IMG/VR virus record: IMGVR_UViG_3300042554_002914
Origin: a virus
Taxonomy: Duplodnaviria > Heunggongvirae > Uroviricota > Caudoviricetes
Strand: one strand, 5' to 3'
Length of the DNA stretch: 64,000 nucleotides
The notes under the pieces: generated by a model
Seen by the model: only the letters and a program-made list of their open reading frames with translations
Databases searched by the model: none
What the model was told of the DNA's origin: nothing
Program-made: the position numbers and the translations under genes
Shown: in pieces, positions 27,574 to 37,030 of the stretch
Position numbering within the stretch: the stretch's first letter is position 1
Layout of the letters: the number at the start of each line of letters is the position of its first letter

Positions 27574-27647
27574 CACCCTGTACAGGACTCGAACCTGTGA
27601 CCCTCTTTTTAGGAAAAAGATATTCTATCCATCTGAACTAACAGGGC
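27574..27647 (-). tRNA. tRNA-Arg(CCT)
   Basis: Cloverleaf; loop TT CCT AA. Confidence 0.88.
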
Positions 27648-27715
27648 TTGATGGTGAGGACCTAGTGGGGGGTGTAAGATAACCCCAACCAGTATAACAT
27701 ACCCGACCAGCAAAG

Positions 27716-27898
27716 TCAATGAGGCAATGACGCAACTTTAAGCAACCAAATGGAATGGACGATGCCAAACACAAATGCCACGCCAATTAGTCCGCTAACC
27801 CAACCAACTCTCAACTCTTGCTGCCGTATTTTAGTGTCCACAATCTCGTTGGCGATACGGGTGATTGCTTCTATGGTATCGGATTCTAGGTTTGTCAT
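27716..27898 (-). CDS. Small membrane protein
   Basis: C-terminal hydrophobic helix. Confidence 0.5.
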   Translation of the reverse strand: MTNLESDTIEAITRIANEIVDTKIRQQELRVGWVSGLIGVAFVFGIVHSIWLLKVASLPH

Positions 27899-27909
27899 TG
27901 GTTGCGGGT

Positions 27910-28185
27910 TTAGCGGTTGGGGTTGGCAATTAGCATTTCATGATGGGACCATTTTGTGGGGGGCCTTTGAGCAGGGTTTGTTGGCGGGACGGGCACTGAA
28001 GACCCTGAGTGAATCATGTTTAAGGCATCCTGAACTTCGGGACCCCCAAAGCTCGGGTCAATCTCATGGTAGAAAACCATGTTGAGGTGATTGCGGATGA
28101 CTTGGATTTGGCCCGGAGTGAGGGACTCAGGGTTCCCAAGTTCAAAGAGCCCTTGTAGCCAATAGCAAAAGTCGCGTGATGTCAT
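27910..28185 (-). CDS. Hypothetical protein, F.xWLQG family
   Basis: FCYWLQGLFE..L.P.Q. Confidence 0.65.
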   Translation of the reverse strand: MTSRDFCYWLQGLFELGNPESLTPGQIQVIRNHLNMVFYHEIDPSFGGPEVQDALNMIHSGSSVPVPPTNPAQRPPTKWSHHEMLIANPNR

Positions 28186-28221
28186 TTTGGTTTCGGTGGT
28201 TGATGGTTGGGGATGTAGCAG

Positions 28222-28629
28222 TTAATTGGTAGCGATTATCGGGGAGTAACCACTGTTGTGAATAGTGCCGATGGATCCAATTTGCCCTGACATACCTGTG
28301 GGCCCCAGTGAGCTGCCTACTCTAACGATCCGCCATGTGGTTGTACCATCGGGTTGTCGCTGCTCGATCTGAATGGCTTGATCTGGGTCAAACCCGTGCT
28401 TGGCTATGAATGCCTGAAGAACCTCTTCGCGTTGAGATAGGATCGGGTTTACTATGTTTTGTAAACAGTTATGAAACACTTGTAGTTCCTTATTGTCTGG
28501 GCTCTGCCCCGGTACCTCATATGACCCGGCCACGGCGGCGATGACTTCAGCTTGGTCCGAATTGAGTTCGGTTCCAGTAACGCCCAGGATGTAGCCTTGC
28601 AGCCATGTTACGAAGTCAGTTTTGTTCAT
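28222..28629 (-). CDS. Hypothetical protein, F.xWLQG family
   Basis: FVTWLQGYIL..L...Q. Confidence 0.65.
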   Translation of the reverse strand: MNKTDFVTWLQGYILGVTGTELNSDQAEVIAAVAGSYEVPGQSPDNKELQVFHNCLQNIVNPILSQREEVLQAFIAKHGFDPDQAIQIEQRQPDGTTTWRIVRVGSSLGPTGMSGQIGSIGTIHNSGYSPIIATN

Positions 28630-28693
28630 TTTGGTTGTATTCCGGTTGTATTCCGGTTTCAGTTGAAGAGAATAGAGGGTGACCTCATGGCAG

Positions 28694-29071
28694 TTAGCAA
28701 TTTATTGCCGGGGTCGGCCACCACCTACCGGGTCCCTCTGGAGGGTAGTAAGGGTCGGGCCAAGTGAGGGGCCAGGTTTGAGGGGTGGGCGGCCCATCGT
28801 AGACCCATTTATCGGCTTTTCGTTTTTCATACTCCTCTAGCATTTTGAAATACTTGTCAAGAAGGGGGTCTGGGTCCCCGGTAGCCGTATCAGCCTCAGA
28901 TTCCTCCGTCAGGATAGCATGGCCGGAGTCGGAGTCAGGCTCAGGGTGGGTGAAAACCGTATCGAGCTTTGCTTTTAGGGTAGTTAGTTGCCCCGGATTT
29001 AGGCTGGTACCGCAACCTTCGAGGAAGCCTTGTAGCCAAATGCAGAATGTTGCTGGTGTTTGTGTGGTCAT
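28694..29071 (-). CDS. Hypothetical protein, F.xWLQG family
   Basis: FCIWLQGFLE..L.P.Q. Confidence 0.65.
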   Translation of the reverse strand: MTTQTPATFCIWLQGFLEGCGTSLNPGQLTTLKAKLDTVFTHPEPDSDSGHAILTEESEADTATGDPDPLLDKYFKMLEEYEKRKADKWVYDGPPTPQTWPLTWPDPYYPPEGPGRWWPTPAINC

Positions 29072-29721
29072 TGTGTTGTGATGTCCGGGAATTTAAAGAC
29101 GTTTTTAGAATCCATACGGATGGATTTCAGAAATTTACAATGCTTTACATATTCAATATCGAAGCCAGTTGCGTAAGCATCAATATCATTTTGATCGGCC
29201 ACAAGGAGCCAACCTTCCGGGTTTATAATCCCCTTTCGTAGAGCAGCTAACCTCCACCATAGGGATGGGTGTTTTGCCATGAAAATTGCCCAATGGTATT
29301 TAATGAAGTATTTACCTTCTTCGAGACTAATTTTTTCAACTCTGCCAAAACCGCCAACTGTTTTGCTACGGTCACCGACCGTAATAGAAAATGTATTTTG
29401 TGGTTCTCCGTGGGGAATGTTGTTAGGGGTCAAAAAGCCAACTCCGAAGCAAGGGTTTTTAAAGTCCATAGGGCAACCTTCTGTAGTTGAAGCTAAAACA
29501 TAGTCATCAATTTCTGGTATGGTTGTGCCTACGGGGTGTTCGTGATTCCAACTTACAGTTATCTTTTTGGCTTGATCCAGAGTTAATTTACCCTTTTCGA
29601 CCATGCCCACTAGCTCTTTTGGGAGTGAGTCAACCGAAGATTGGGCAATGTTGGTTATTAGTGTGGCCATTGGTCGGGATTTAGATCTAGGTCCGCAATT
29701 ACTTTGCAGTTTTTGAAGCAA
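29068..29721 (-). CDS. Hypothetical protein
   Basis: 217 aa ORF. Confidence 0.55.
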   Translation of the reverse strand: MLQKLQSNCGPRSKSRPMATLITNIAQSSVDSLPKELVGMVEKGKLTLDQAKKITVSWNHEHPVGTTIPEIDDYVLASTTEGCPMDFKNPCFGVGFLTPNNIPHGEPQNTFSITVGDRSKTVGGFGRVEKISLEEGKYFIKYHWAIFMAKHPSLWWRLAALRKGIINPEGWLLVADQNDIDAYATGFDIEYVKHCKFLKSIRMDSKNVFKFPDITTQ

Positions 29722-29855
29722 TCTGGGTAGTTGGCCTGCAGGAACTCATACATTTTAGGACCGATGAGTAATGGTCTTCGTTCCCTGGGCATTAATGCGT
29801 GTCTTAGGGTGTCCTCTTTAAGTTTCTCAAGGTCTTTGATAGTTCTTACTCATTG

Positions 29856-30305
29856 TCAATCATTGTCAGACCCACTGTCATCCCTGTCGCCATGGTCACA
29901 GGGGTCATATGGATCGGCCACGCCTCTAATACAATCAAGGTGCCACCAGAGGGATCTCCCTGGTTTATCACCAATTTCAGGAATTAGCGCCACTAAGGCT
30001 TTACCTTCTTTAGCCGTAATGGCTCCAACCCTCCTAAAACCGTTTCCCCTAACTAGGTTATCATTTTCATCAACTATGAGATGTCGTAGCCCTCCATTGT
30101 AGGATTCTTTATAAAAACCCACATAAAAGTGATCACGAGGGTCACCATCGCTCCATTTAGTGGCTAGGACGTAATCCCCCTTTTGCAAAGGCGGCTGCTC
30201 TGCGACTAAAACCCGGATGGGATATCTCGGCAATTGCTGCCTTACGGCATTCTTACCATCGAGGATTTCCTGGATTGTGGCGTCTTTTGGATGATCTTGA
30301 TCCAT
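29856..30305 (-). CDS. Hypothetical protein
   Basis: 149 aa ORF. Confidence 0.55.
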   Translation of the reverse strand: MDQDHPKDATIQEILDGKNAVRQQLPRYPIRVLVAEQPPLQKGDYVLATKWSDGDPRDHFYVGFYKESYNGGLRHLIVDENDNLVRGNGFRRVGAITAKEGKALVALIPEIGDKPGRSLWWHLDCIRGVADPYDPCDHGDRDDSGSDND

Positions 30306-30310
30306 TGTAA

Positions 30311-30790
30311 CTACCGCCCCATTCTTTCAGGATTTTCTGACCACGAGATGAGGTTTTCTAATTTTTCCACCTTTTCTTTAGCAGCCTTTAGTTTCTTTTC
30401 CGCATGTTTTAACTTTGTGGAAGAGTCTACAAGGTCTGAATACTCCTTAAACGTTATTGTCTTAAACCTTGGGTCACCCGGTTCAGTGGCAACTTTGATC
30501 GTAGGGTGACCATGCTCACCTTGGTAGTTCTCCCTAGTTCCCTCAAGGATGTAACGAGCTTCCTCAAGGTAGACATCCCAGGGGGCTTCCCCTTCAAGCG
30601 TATCAGGCGGGCCGTTAATGCGGTCAACGAGCATATTCTGATACGCCGCGATTGGGATCGCTTGCTCAAGGGGCAGGAAGAGTTCGGGTGTATACTCAGG
30701 TGGTTTCATAGTGTTTGAGGGGTACTTAAAGGATCGCTTGCTTAAGGGGCTGGATGACTTCGGGTATAAATTACCGGTGAGCAACAACAA
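30311..30790 (-). CDS. Hypothetical protein (start probably internal)
   Basis: ORF with C-terminal coiled coil. Confidence 0.5.
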   Translation of the reverse strand: MLLLTGNLYPKSSSPLSKRSFKYPSNTMKPPEYTPELFLPLEQAIPIAAYQNMLVDRINGPPDTLEGEAPWDVYLEEARYILEGTRENYQGEHGHPTIKVATEPGDPRFKTITFKEYSDLVDSSTKLKHAEKKLKAAKEKVEKLENLISWSENPERMGR

Positions 30791-31022
30791 CGTAGTCTTT
30801 CATATGCGATTGAGGGATCTCTTTTGTAGCGCCGTTGGCGTAAAACATGCGCTCTGCAACGAACCAACTACCAGTGTACATTCGCGGACTTGAACGGTAA
30901 ATGTGGTACAAGTTCCCGTCTCGCAGATTGCGAAAGATTGTCTCGGTACGATCACCAGACTTTCGATCTAATTCGAAACCGAATCCTTGTTCAACCAATT
31001 GCTTGAGGGTGACTTTTGACAT
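30771..31022 (-). CDS. Hypothetical protein
   Basis: 83 aa ORF. Confidence 0.5.
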   Translation of the reverse strand: MSKVTLKQLVEQGFGFELDRKSGDRTETIFRNLRDGNLYHIYRSSPRMYTGSWFVAERMFYANGATKEIPQSHMKDYVVVAHR

Positions 31023-31048
31023 TTTTTTTTCATTGGGGGTTGGAAAGG

Positions 31049-31846
31049 TTACAATGATCCTGTCACGACTGCTAGAATGTCTTCTTCACAGTCAAATGGG
31101 CACTTGCCGTCAGCATAAACGGAAATACGATTGTAACCGTAACCTTTGTAATCATTTCTATAAGAAATTTGCCATAAGCCATCACCCCAGCTTATCTCGT
31201 GAACGGTAATAATCCTGTTGTCTCGAAGAATTAGGCGGTCCCCTGGCTTGACGATGTGGCCGTCAATGGTTACGGGGGTGTCTGAGGTAGTCTTTTTATG
31301 CGTGTTTGCCGATGTCTTTGTCGGGATTTCGGTTTGAATCAATGCTACAACACGACGAAGCAAAGCAACTTGCTCAGAGCTGAGGCCTGTATCCCCGTCA
31401 CCTAAGGCGGTTGGCAGGATTTGGTTAAGTAATGCCGCTCCTTCTCGTTTCAAGGCCAGCTGAGGATTGAGAACCCAGCCCGGTGTATGCAACCAGGCAT
31501 TGCCGCTCCCAGCGACGAGTTCCCAACCCTGCAAATACCACCATACTGAGCCGTCGCTTCTTGAGTGCAAACTCTGAACGTAACCACCTTTGTCTGCGTC
31601 TTCTGCGGTCGGCGGCCTATGACTGATGCCATTGGTCGGCATTTGGTGCCGCATCGCCTCGAAGGCTTGGGTAGCGCCCCATCGGGCAAAGAATTTGTAG
31701 TTGGTTTCGTTAGAATGCCACAATCCGCGCTCTTCTATCAAATCTTTCGGCGGTACGATGCTGTTGAGATCAAATGCCATGGTTGTTTTTATATGGGCGA
31801 GGAATGGTAACAAGGTAACTATACTGCTTTTGCTCCGCAGAAACAA
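31049..31846 (-). CDS. Hypothetical protein (likely start MAFDLN ~31781)
   Basis: Long ORF downstream of class A promoter. Confidence 0.55.
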   Translation of the reverse strand: MFLRSKSSIVTLLPFLAHIKTTMAFDLNSIVPPKDLIEERGLWHSNETNYKFFARWGATQAFEAMRHQMPTNGISHRPPTAEDADKGGYVQSLHSRSDGSVWWYLQGWELVAGSGNAWLHTPGWVLNPQLALKREGAALLNQILPTALGDGDTGLSSEQVALLRRVVALIQTEIPTKTSANTHKKTTSDTPVTIDGHIVKPGDRLILRDNRIITVHEISWGDGLWQISYRNDYKGYGYNRISVYADGKCPFDCEEDILAVVTGSL

Positions 31847-32066
31847 GTCGGGGAACCGAACCGGGTGCGACGGTTAACCGTCTCCCTATATCTGAAAACT
31901 TTTTCTTCACTTTGGTCTCACCCTTTGAGAAGTGCTTTAACCATAAACCCAATGTAGGTTCCCCTAGGTGGAAGTTCCAAGCTGGAGTTTCATCGTTACA
32001 GGCTTTGGACTTGGTAAACTTCCAGTCGTGGGCTTTCCCCTCAACGACGGTAAAAAACTTTCCCAT
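31770..32066 (-). CDS. Hypothetical protein
   Basis: 98 aa ORF overlapping promoter cassette. Confidence 0.4.
   Translation of the reverse strand: MGKFFTVVEGKAHDWKFTKSKACNDETPAWNFHLGEPTLGLWLKHFSKGETKVKKKFSDIGRRLTVAPGSVPRLVSAEQKQYSYLVTIPRPYKNNHGI
31818..31880 (-). promoter_or_regulatory. Class A promoter cassette
   Basis: CGGTTAACCG-N7-CCGGTTCGGTTC..TTGTTT-17-TATAGT. Confidence 0.7.
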
Positions 32067-32126
32067 TTTCAGATTGAGTGTGATCAGTTGTTTGTTACGG
32101 TTAGTGTAGCACGATTTTAGTCAAAA

Positions 32127-32199
32127 TGGGCTCAAAGGGGGTCGAACCCTCAACATGCAGAGTAAGACCCGGTTACTCTTCCAATTGAGTTATGAGCCC
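32127..32199 (-). pseudogene. tRNA-like gene with degenerate anticodon arm (possibly Lys CTT)
   Basis: Good acceptor, D and T arms; anticodon stem has multiple mismatches. Confidence 0.6.
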
Positions 32200-32207
32200 A
32201 TGTAAAT

Positions 32208-32732
32208 TTACATTTTTCTGCCCTTTCTATACCCTTCAGGTATTTCTCCGTCTTTTGGGATTTTAAGATTGTTATATCCATTAGTAACCCACATAGTGCC
32301 GTGCTGGGAGTTTTTCTCTCCTACTCCGTGTTTGTTCTTTTTAAACGTTTCAATACGTTTATGCCTTGAAGCTTCGCTCAGGGCTGCGACCACAGCTTTT
32401 GGTTGAGAAGTCATAGTTTGGGTCTTGCGTAACGAAGGGTTATCTGAATGCGTATCATAACTATTTTCAGATAAAGTGCCCAAGTACAAGTGTTCGGGAT
32501 TTACGCAGAACCTCTCTGTTTTCCCCCTACAGTTCGTACACCTGTGGCATACGCAGGCTCCAAACTTTTGGATGTTGGGCTCGTACGGTATACCGAGTTT
32601 AAGAAAAAGATTCTTTCTCATTAAGTTTTTTCTCCAGCCTCCCCCTCCACCAGAAAAGTCACAGGGACTAGACAGGTTAATGTGGGATTGTCTTTCACCT
32701 TGTGGTAGCTTCAGGTAATTAGGGATTTCCAT
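32208..32732 (-). CDS. HNH (His-Cys-like) homing endonuclease
   Basis: CHRC.NC..CVNPEHLYLGT..EN..D; C-terminal TMWVTNG..IPEGY.KGR; ATG at 32732. Confidence 0.85.
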   Translation of the reverse strand: MEIPNYLKLPQGERQSHINLSSPCDFSGGGGGWRKNLMRKNLFLKLGIPYEPNIQKFGACVCHRCTNCRGKTERFCVNPEHLYLGTLSENSYDTHSDNPSLRKTQTMTSQPKAVVAALSEASRHKRIETFKKNKHGVGEKNSQHGTMWVTNGYNNLKIPKDGEIPEGYRKGRKM

Positions 32733-32768
32733 AAATAACTTAATGTTAGTTTCTAGAGCCAGGGCTAA

Positions 32769-32842
32769 ATCCCGATGTCGGATTCGAACCGACGACATGC
32801 TGCTTACAAGGCAGCTGCTCTGGCCAGCTGAGCTAATCGGGC
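32769..32842 (-). tRNA. tRNA-Thr(TGT)
   Basis: Cloverleaf; loop CT TGT AA; 1:72 mismatch. Confidence 0.85.
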
Positions 32843-32870
32843 ATTTTGTTTGTTTTCCCGTAAGGAAAAA

Positions 32871-32941
32871 AGTTCCAGGCCGGAATCGAACTGTCGTCTC
32901 TCGCTTACAAGGCGAGTGCATCACCACAATGCTTTAGGGGC
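32871..32941 (-). pseudogene. Chimeric tRNA: Thr(TGT) 5' part fused to tRNA-Cys 3' end
   Basis: Acceptor and T stems unpaired; 3' ~22 nt match tRNA-Cys at 34282. Confidence 0.75.
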
Positions 32942-33069
32942 AAGCGTTTCCATTATAGAATGGCTTGGCAAAAAGTCAATGCCCCCAAAGTCAGGGTGCC
33001 GGTTTTGACACCCCCTGCCTCTAGATTACAGACTGTAAGGGCCAATAAACGGGATGCCCCCCCTCTCTC

Positions 33070-33501
33070 CTACAACACAACCAAGTTATCACGAACCCGA
33101 TCAGATGAGTAAGAATACACTTCATCATCAATACCAATGGCAACATAGTCAGGGTGTGAGACCGTGGTATCACCTTCCCTCGTTTTAAGGGTTACGGTAT
33201 ATCCAGCAGGGACAGGGACAAATTTGCAAAGGGCACTGCGACGATACATGCCAGAATTAGGCTCAGTTTCTTCCCAGGAGCCAGGAAAAATATCAACCTT
33301 ACACGGGTACGGCTGTGACCCATCGACCGGCATCAGTACATGGTCAATGCCTTCGACGGCAGTTAGATCGCCCCTTTCTCGGGGGAAGACTTCGGTACCA
33401 ACCGTTGGGCGAATGCGGACCAGAGTTTTTCGCTTTGCAGTCAAAGGTTGCCCGAAAGCTGCGATGACTTCGGTTCCGGTTGTGAATGTGAGGGTTGTCA
33501 T
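33070..33501 (-). CDS. Hypothetical protein
   Basis: 143 aa ORF after TTGACT..TAAACT promoter. Confidence 0.6.
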   Translation of the reverse strand: MTTLTFTTGTEVIAAFGQPLTAKRKTLVRIRPTVGTEVFPRERGDLTAVEGIDHVLMPVDGSQPYPCKVDIFPGSWEETEPNSGMYRRSALCKFVPVPAGYTVTLKTREGDTTVSHPDYVAIGIDDEVYSYSSDRVRDNLVVL

Positions 33502-33570
33502 TTTTGATGTTGGTTTGATTGCTGGGTGGCTCTTGGACCCCCATCAGTTTAGCAGACCACTAAGGCAAAG

Positions 33571-33765
33571 TCAAGGGTGGTGGTCCCGAGTCCTTGTATA
33601 TAGGGGGGTATCCCTGATGGAAATATCAGCCCCATCGGCATCCAGGAATGGTATGCCAGTTGTGCGGCGTTCCCTGGCAATGAGGGCAACCCGCATCAAC
33701 GCATGGCCGATTGTTTCGCCGGGTTGCAAGTAGATGTTGATAGGGGGGTTTAATGGTTGAGCCAT
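33571..33765 (-). CDS. Hypothetical protein
   Basis: 64 aa ORF. Confidence 0.45.
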   Translation of the reverse strand: MAQPLNPPINIYLQPGETIGHALMRVALIARERRTTGIPFLDADGADISIRDTPLYTRTRDHHP

Positions 33766-33799
33766 ATGCTTGTAGTTAGGCGAATTAAACGGGGTGCAA

Positions 33800-34216
33800 T
33801 CAACCCTTATTAGTCGGAGCAGTCAGGATAGGCAACCCGCCTTGGTTAGGGGCTACGAAATAGGTTTTGTTTCCCTTTTCTGCCCCTTCCTCAATGTGTT
33901 GAATCTGCAGGAACGTCAAATACTCGGGGTTATCCTTAAGGCTGGCACCAATGATTTTATTGGATTCTGCGATACCTTCAGCTTCTTTGATGCGAACTTC
34001 CTTAAGTTTTTCGGCACTATCGAGTTTAGCTTGAGCCTCCAGAACTGCGACTTGGCGCGTATATTCGGCCTTTTGCAACTCGGCCTTCCCTTCTAGGGAC
34101 TGCTGCCAGACTCCGTATTGTGGTAGTACAAACATTGCGGTCGCAATGATGGCCGCCAAAAGGAATGCCAGGATGCCAAAAATGACGCCGCCTGAGTAAC
34201 TGTCTGAGTGCTTCAT
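33800..34216 (-). CDS. Membrane-anchored coiled-coil protein (SPFH/band-7 C-terminal-like)
   Basis: N-terminal TM; GKAEL..AE..RQVAV.EA.A; EAEGIAESN. Confidence 0.6.
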   Translation of the reverse strand: MKHSDSYSGGVIFGILAFLLAAIIATAMFVLPQYGVWQQSLEGKAELQKAEYTRQVAVLEAQAKLDSAEKLKEVRIKEAEGIAESNKIIGASLKDNPEYLTFLQIQHIEEGAEKGNKTYFVAPNQGGLPILTAPTNKG

Positions 34217-34281
34217 GGTGCGATTGGTTGTTGGTTGTTTGAGGTAGTGATTTGGCCTAATTGGGGGAACCCGATAGGCAA

Positions 34282-34357
34282 AGTTCCAGGCCGGATTCGA
34301 ACCGGCGAAAATGCGAGTTTTGCAGACTCGTGCCTTAGACCACTTGGCGACTGGAAC
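34282..34357 (-). tRNA. tRNA-Cys(GCA)
   Basis: Cloverleaf; loop CT GCA AA; U73. Confidence 0.9.
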
Positions 34358-34546
34358 GGGTGGGCCTGGGGTTGCCAGGGGGTAATTACATAGTGGTCAA
34401 AGCCCGATGATTCCCCTTTTGTTTCTAAGTCTCAATGCCCTTCTAGCAAACTTTTTCCATAAACTCTTGGCAACTTTAGTGGGGAAGTCTCTTACTTCTC
34501 TAAGGTATCTGCTTTGGTTTCTATTCACTGGTTTTGCCATATTTAT

Positions 34547-34864
34547 TCAAGAACCGTAAAAAATATAGTCAGTCTCAATTAGACTAGTGCCGTACTCAAG
34601 AATGGAACAGCCCCTACTGAGATCCCCGGCGTAAGCCCAGGCTTCACTTTCGGAGAGGAAAATTGGAGAGTCACCCCAAACTTCTTTCAGATAAGCGCCA
34701 ATATTATAAGGCTGCTCACGTTCGTAAAAGTCAAAGTTGTCTATAGCCTGAGCTTCAGCTACCCTGTAGACGGGGCAAGGATCAGTGTGTCGAGACCTAC
34801 CTCCTTTGTCTCCAAGGGTTGTGCTCAAGGTCTTTAGAATGTAGATGCCGTTGTCAGCAGACAT
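34547..34864 (-). CDS. Hypothetical phage protein
   Basis: MSADNGIYIL start; 105 aa. Confidence 0.6.
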   Translation of the reverse strand: MSADNGIYILKTLSTTLGDKGGRSRHTDPCPVYRVAEAQAIDNFDFYEREQPYNIGAYLKEVWGDSPIFLSESEAWAYAGDLSRGCSILEYGTSLIETDYIFYGS

Positions 34865-35099
34865 TTGAGTTTTTCGTGCGTTGGGAATTTGAAGCTGTGG
34901 ATACTATAGCACCTTTCACAGAGTAAGGCAAGCCCCTCACTCGTTTGTAAACCTCCCCCCTCACTACTACTTGTTCCTCTTCACTGAGGGCAAACCAAAT
35001 CTTGTCTAGTTCTTCCAGGATTTGATCTTCGACATCTTCATTCCCTTCGGCAAGGGCTTTCAAAGATTCTTCTAGCTTTGATAGGTAAATCTCTACCAT
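34854..35099 (-). CDS. Hypothetical protein
   Basis: 81 aa acidic ORF. Confidence 0.5.
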   Translation of the reverse strand: MVEIYLSKLEESLKALAEGNEDVEDQILEELDKIWFALSEEEQVVVRGEVYKRVRGLPYSVKGAIVSTASNSQRTKNSNVC

Positions 35100-35191
35100 G
35101 GCATTAAAATTGAGAGAAAAAAATCAGCGTTTTGATAATCCATGGGAACTTGTAAGGCAAGTTTACAACTTGGGTGCGTATCTTAGTGTGA

Positions 35192-35263
35192 TGGGGGATA
35201 TCGGGCTTGAACCAATGACGGCCTGTTTGTAGGACAGGTGCTCTACCACTGAGCTAATCCCCC
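35192..35263 (-). tRNA. tRNA-Val(TAC), atypical C33
   Basis: Cloverleaf; loop CC TAC AA. Confidence 0.85.
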
Positions 35264-35293
35264 AATAAAGACCAACGGTAATTGCCCCACATC

Positions 35294-35545
35294 TCAATCC
35301 AAGACAATAAAAACGGAATTTTGTATCACATTGGGGCCAAAATATAAAGAACCTTCCTCAGTTACACAAGAGTAGTACTTAAGATCCTCCAAGTTAGTAG
35401 TCAGCATTTCTTCGAGCGCCTTTCTTTCGGACTCCGTTAAGGGTTGCTCCACAGAGACAAAAGTTCCAAGAGGGGTGATTGTCTTGATTTTCATGGTTGA
35501 GGGGATAGGATTCAGGGTGCGAGTTGAAAGGGTTTCAACTTTCAT
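35294..35545 (-). CDS. Hypothetical protein
   Basis: ORF after class A promoter. Confidence 0.55.
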   Translation of the reverse strand: MKVETLSTRTLNPIPSTMKIKTITPLGTFVSVEQPLTESERKALEEMLTTNLEDLKYYSCVTEEGSLYFGPNVIQNSVFIVLD

Positions 35546-35551
35546 GAGATA

Positions 35552-35614
35552 ATCATAGCGTGTCTGCGACGCAGAAGCAAGGCAGAGAACCGAACCGGGC
35601 GGTATGGTTTACCG
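35552..35614 (-). promoter_or_regulatory. Class A promoter cassette
   Basis: CGGTAAACC..CCGGTTCGGTTC..TTGCTT-17-TATGAT. Confidence 0.7.
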
Positions 35615-35875
35615 TACCTTGGCAGACGGCCTTGGGTCAATGCGTTCAGATAGCGAAAGAAGGGCAACAACCTTGAGAAAGTCAGGATGCCCTAGCAAGG
35701 CCTCAGCTAAGGCTGCAGCACCGAGACTATACTTGCCGTCTACCTTACGAATAAGGGCAGCTAGTGTCAAAACAGCATCAACATCAACATCGTTTTCCAT
35801 GGGTTTGTCTTTCATGGGCCAATCATAGCGTTTCTGCATTGCGGGAACAAGGGAGAGAACCAAACCGGATAGCAC
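35609..35875 (-). CDS. Hypothetical protein (start probably internal)
   Basis: ORF between two class A promoters. Confidence 0.45.
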   Translation of the reverse strand: MLSGLVLSLVPAMQKRYDWPMKDKPMENDVDVDAVLTLAALIRKVDGKYSLGAAALAEALLGHPDFLKVVALLSLSERIDPRPSAKVR

Positions 35876-35883
35876 GGTAAACC
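35822..35883 (-). promoter_or_regulatory. Class A promoter cassette
   Basis: CGGTTTACCG..CCGGTTTGGTTC..TTGTTC-17-TATGAT. Confidence 0.7.
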
Positions 35884-35908
35884 GACCCCCTCTAGAGCAG
35901 TGATCGCC

Positions 35909-36508
35909 TTAGGTAGCAGCCGGTGTAAATACCCCATAGTATGCCCTGCCATGACAACCGGATTCAGCCAACGTAGTAACACGACCTGTCTGCCCTATCC
36001 ACCCATTAAGAGCATCTTCAGTAAGTTCATGGGGGTGGCCATCATGAGCAGGAATGTCGATCCATTCAAAGATTCGAAAAACTGGTGCGGCTCTCAGGGC
36101 ATTCTTGACGATTTTGGCAGGGTCTACCGTATGTTGTAAACAGTTATACATCCAAACTTCGTCCCACCCTGTGTCTTCAATATCTTCACCCATTGAAACT
36201 GAAACTGAGACGTTATTACTCGCGTATCGATCAACGGTCCATTGAGGGTAGGATACCGGGTCTACGATTTTGCCTTCGGTTAAGTTGATGGTTTTAAGCA
36301 AAAGGCTGCTGGGACCGCCACCGATATCAAGGATTCTTTTGCCTGATACATCAAAACTATAATGGGTCCGATGCAACCCCATCAATTTTCCGTAGACGAA
36401 TTGCTTCTGTTCCTCGTCAAAGGTATTGCAGCAGTTACCCCAGTATGACTTTTCAAACTCGTGATCATTGCTGCGATCGTTATGGTTGTCGTGGTCGTTA
36501 TGGCTCAT
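35909..36508 (-). CDS. Class I SAM-dependent methyltransferase
   Basis: ILDIGGGP, MYNCLQHTVDP. Confidence 0.85.
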   Translation of the reverse strand: MSHNDHDNHNDRSNDHEFEKSYWGNCCNTFDEEQKQFVYGKLMGLHRTHYSFDVSGKRILDIGGGPSSLLLKTINLTEGKIVDPVSYPQWTVDRYASNNVSVSVSMGEDIEDTGWDEVWMYNCLQHTVDPAKIVKNALRAAPVFRIFEWIDIPAHDGHPHELTEDALNGWIGQTGRVTTLAESGCHGRAYYGVFTPAAT

Positions 36509-36548
36509 TTCAGTGGGTTAAATATGTGATATTTGCGCTAGCAAAACA

Positions 36549-36780
36549 TGGCGGACCGGAGAATTGAACTCCTATTCCGATAGAATTTTGCTAACCTAAG
36601 TTAACAATGCACAGGTATTAATACCTGAGGGGCTATCTCCCAAAGTCTCAAGAATTCTTGAGACGCTTTTTACCCAGATATTCCGGGCACCATGTTGGCA
36701 GTAGATGCTAAGCTACTGGCCTTAGTATTAAAACTGAGGACTTAGACCTGTGCGTCTTACATGGATTTCTCCAACCCGCA
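36549..36780 (-). pseudogene. Disrupted initiator-like tRNA (acceptor halves flank an insertion)
   Basis: 5' TGCGGGT (36780) pairs with 3' GTCCGCC-A (36549); T arm present; anticodon arm absent. Confidence 0.55.
36577..36693 (-). mobile_element. TnpB (IS200/605/607-type) 3' end / right-end remnant, copy 1
   Basis: 116/117 identical to 42404..42520; encodes GARNIWVK. Confidence 0.7.
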
Positions 36781-36856
36781 GTGAGGTAATGAACTGAAGA
36801 AGCAACCTTCAGACTTAAGGGGACCTTAAGATTTGAGTTATGGCCAAAAGGTCATA

Positions 36857-36930
36857 CAAGATGGTTGTTTTTCTACCAAAAAGAAAGTTTTTAGATTGCT
36901 GAACCATCTTAGTTTTGTGCTAGCAAAACA
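36857..36930 (-). repeat. Structured intergenic repeat S1
   Basis: Hairpin GTTTTG..CAAAAC plus AAGATGGTT..AACCATCTT; copies at 38437 and 41093. Confidence 0.85.
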
Positions 36931-37002
36931 TGGCGGAAGCTGGATTTGCACCAGCGATCTTCAGGGTATGAGCCTGACGAGATTCTACTTCTCTACTCCG
37001 CG
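36931..37002 (-). tRNA. tRNA-Met(CAT), initiator-like
   Basis: TCAGG CT CAT AC CCTGA; 1:72 mismatch. Confidence 0.85.
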
Positions 37003-37030
37003 TTATTGTACCGTGTGTTAATTACGGTAA

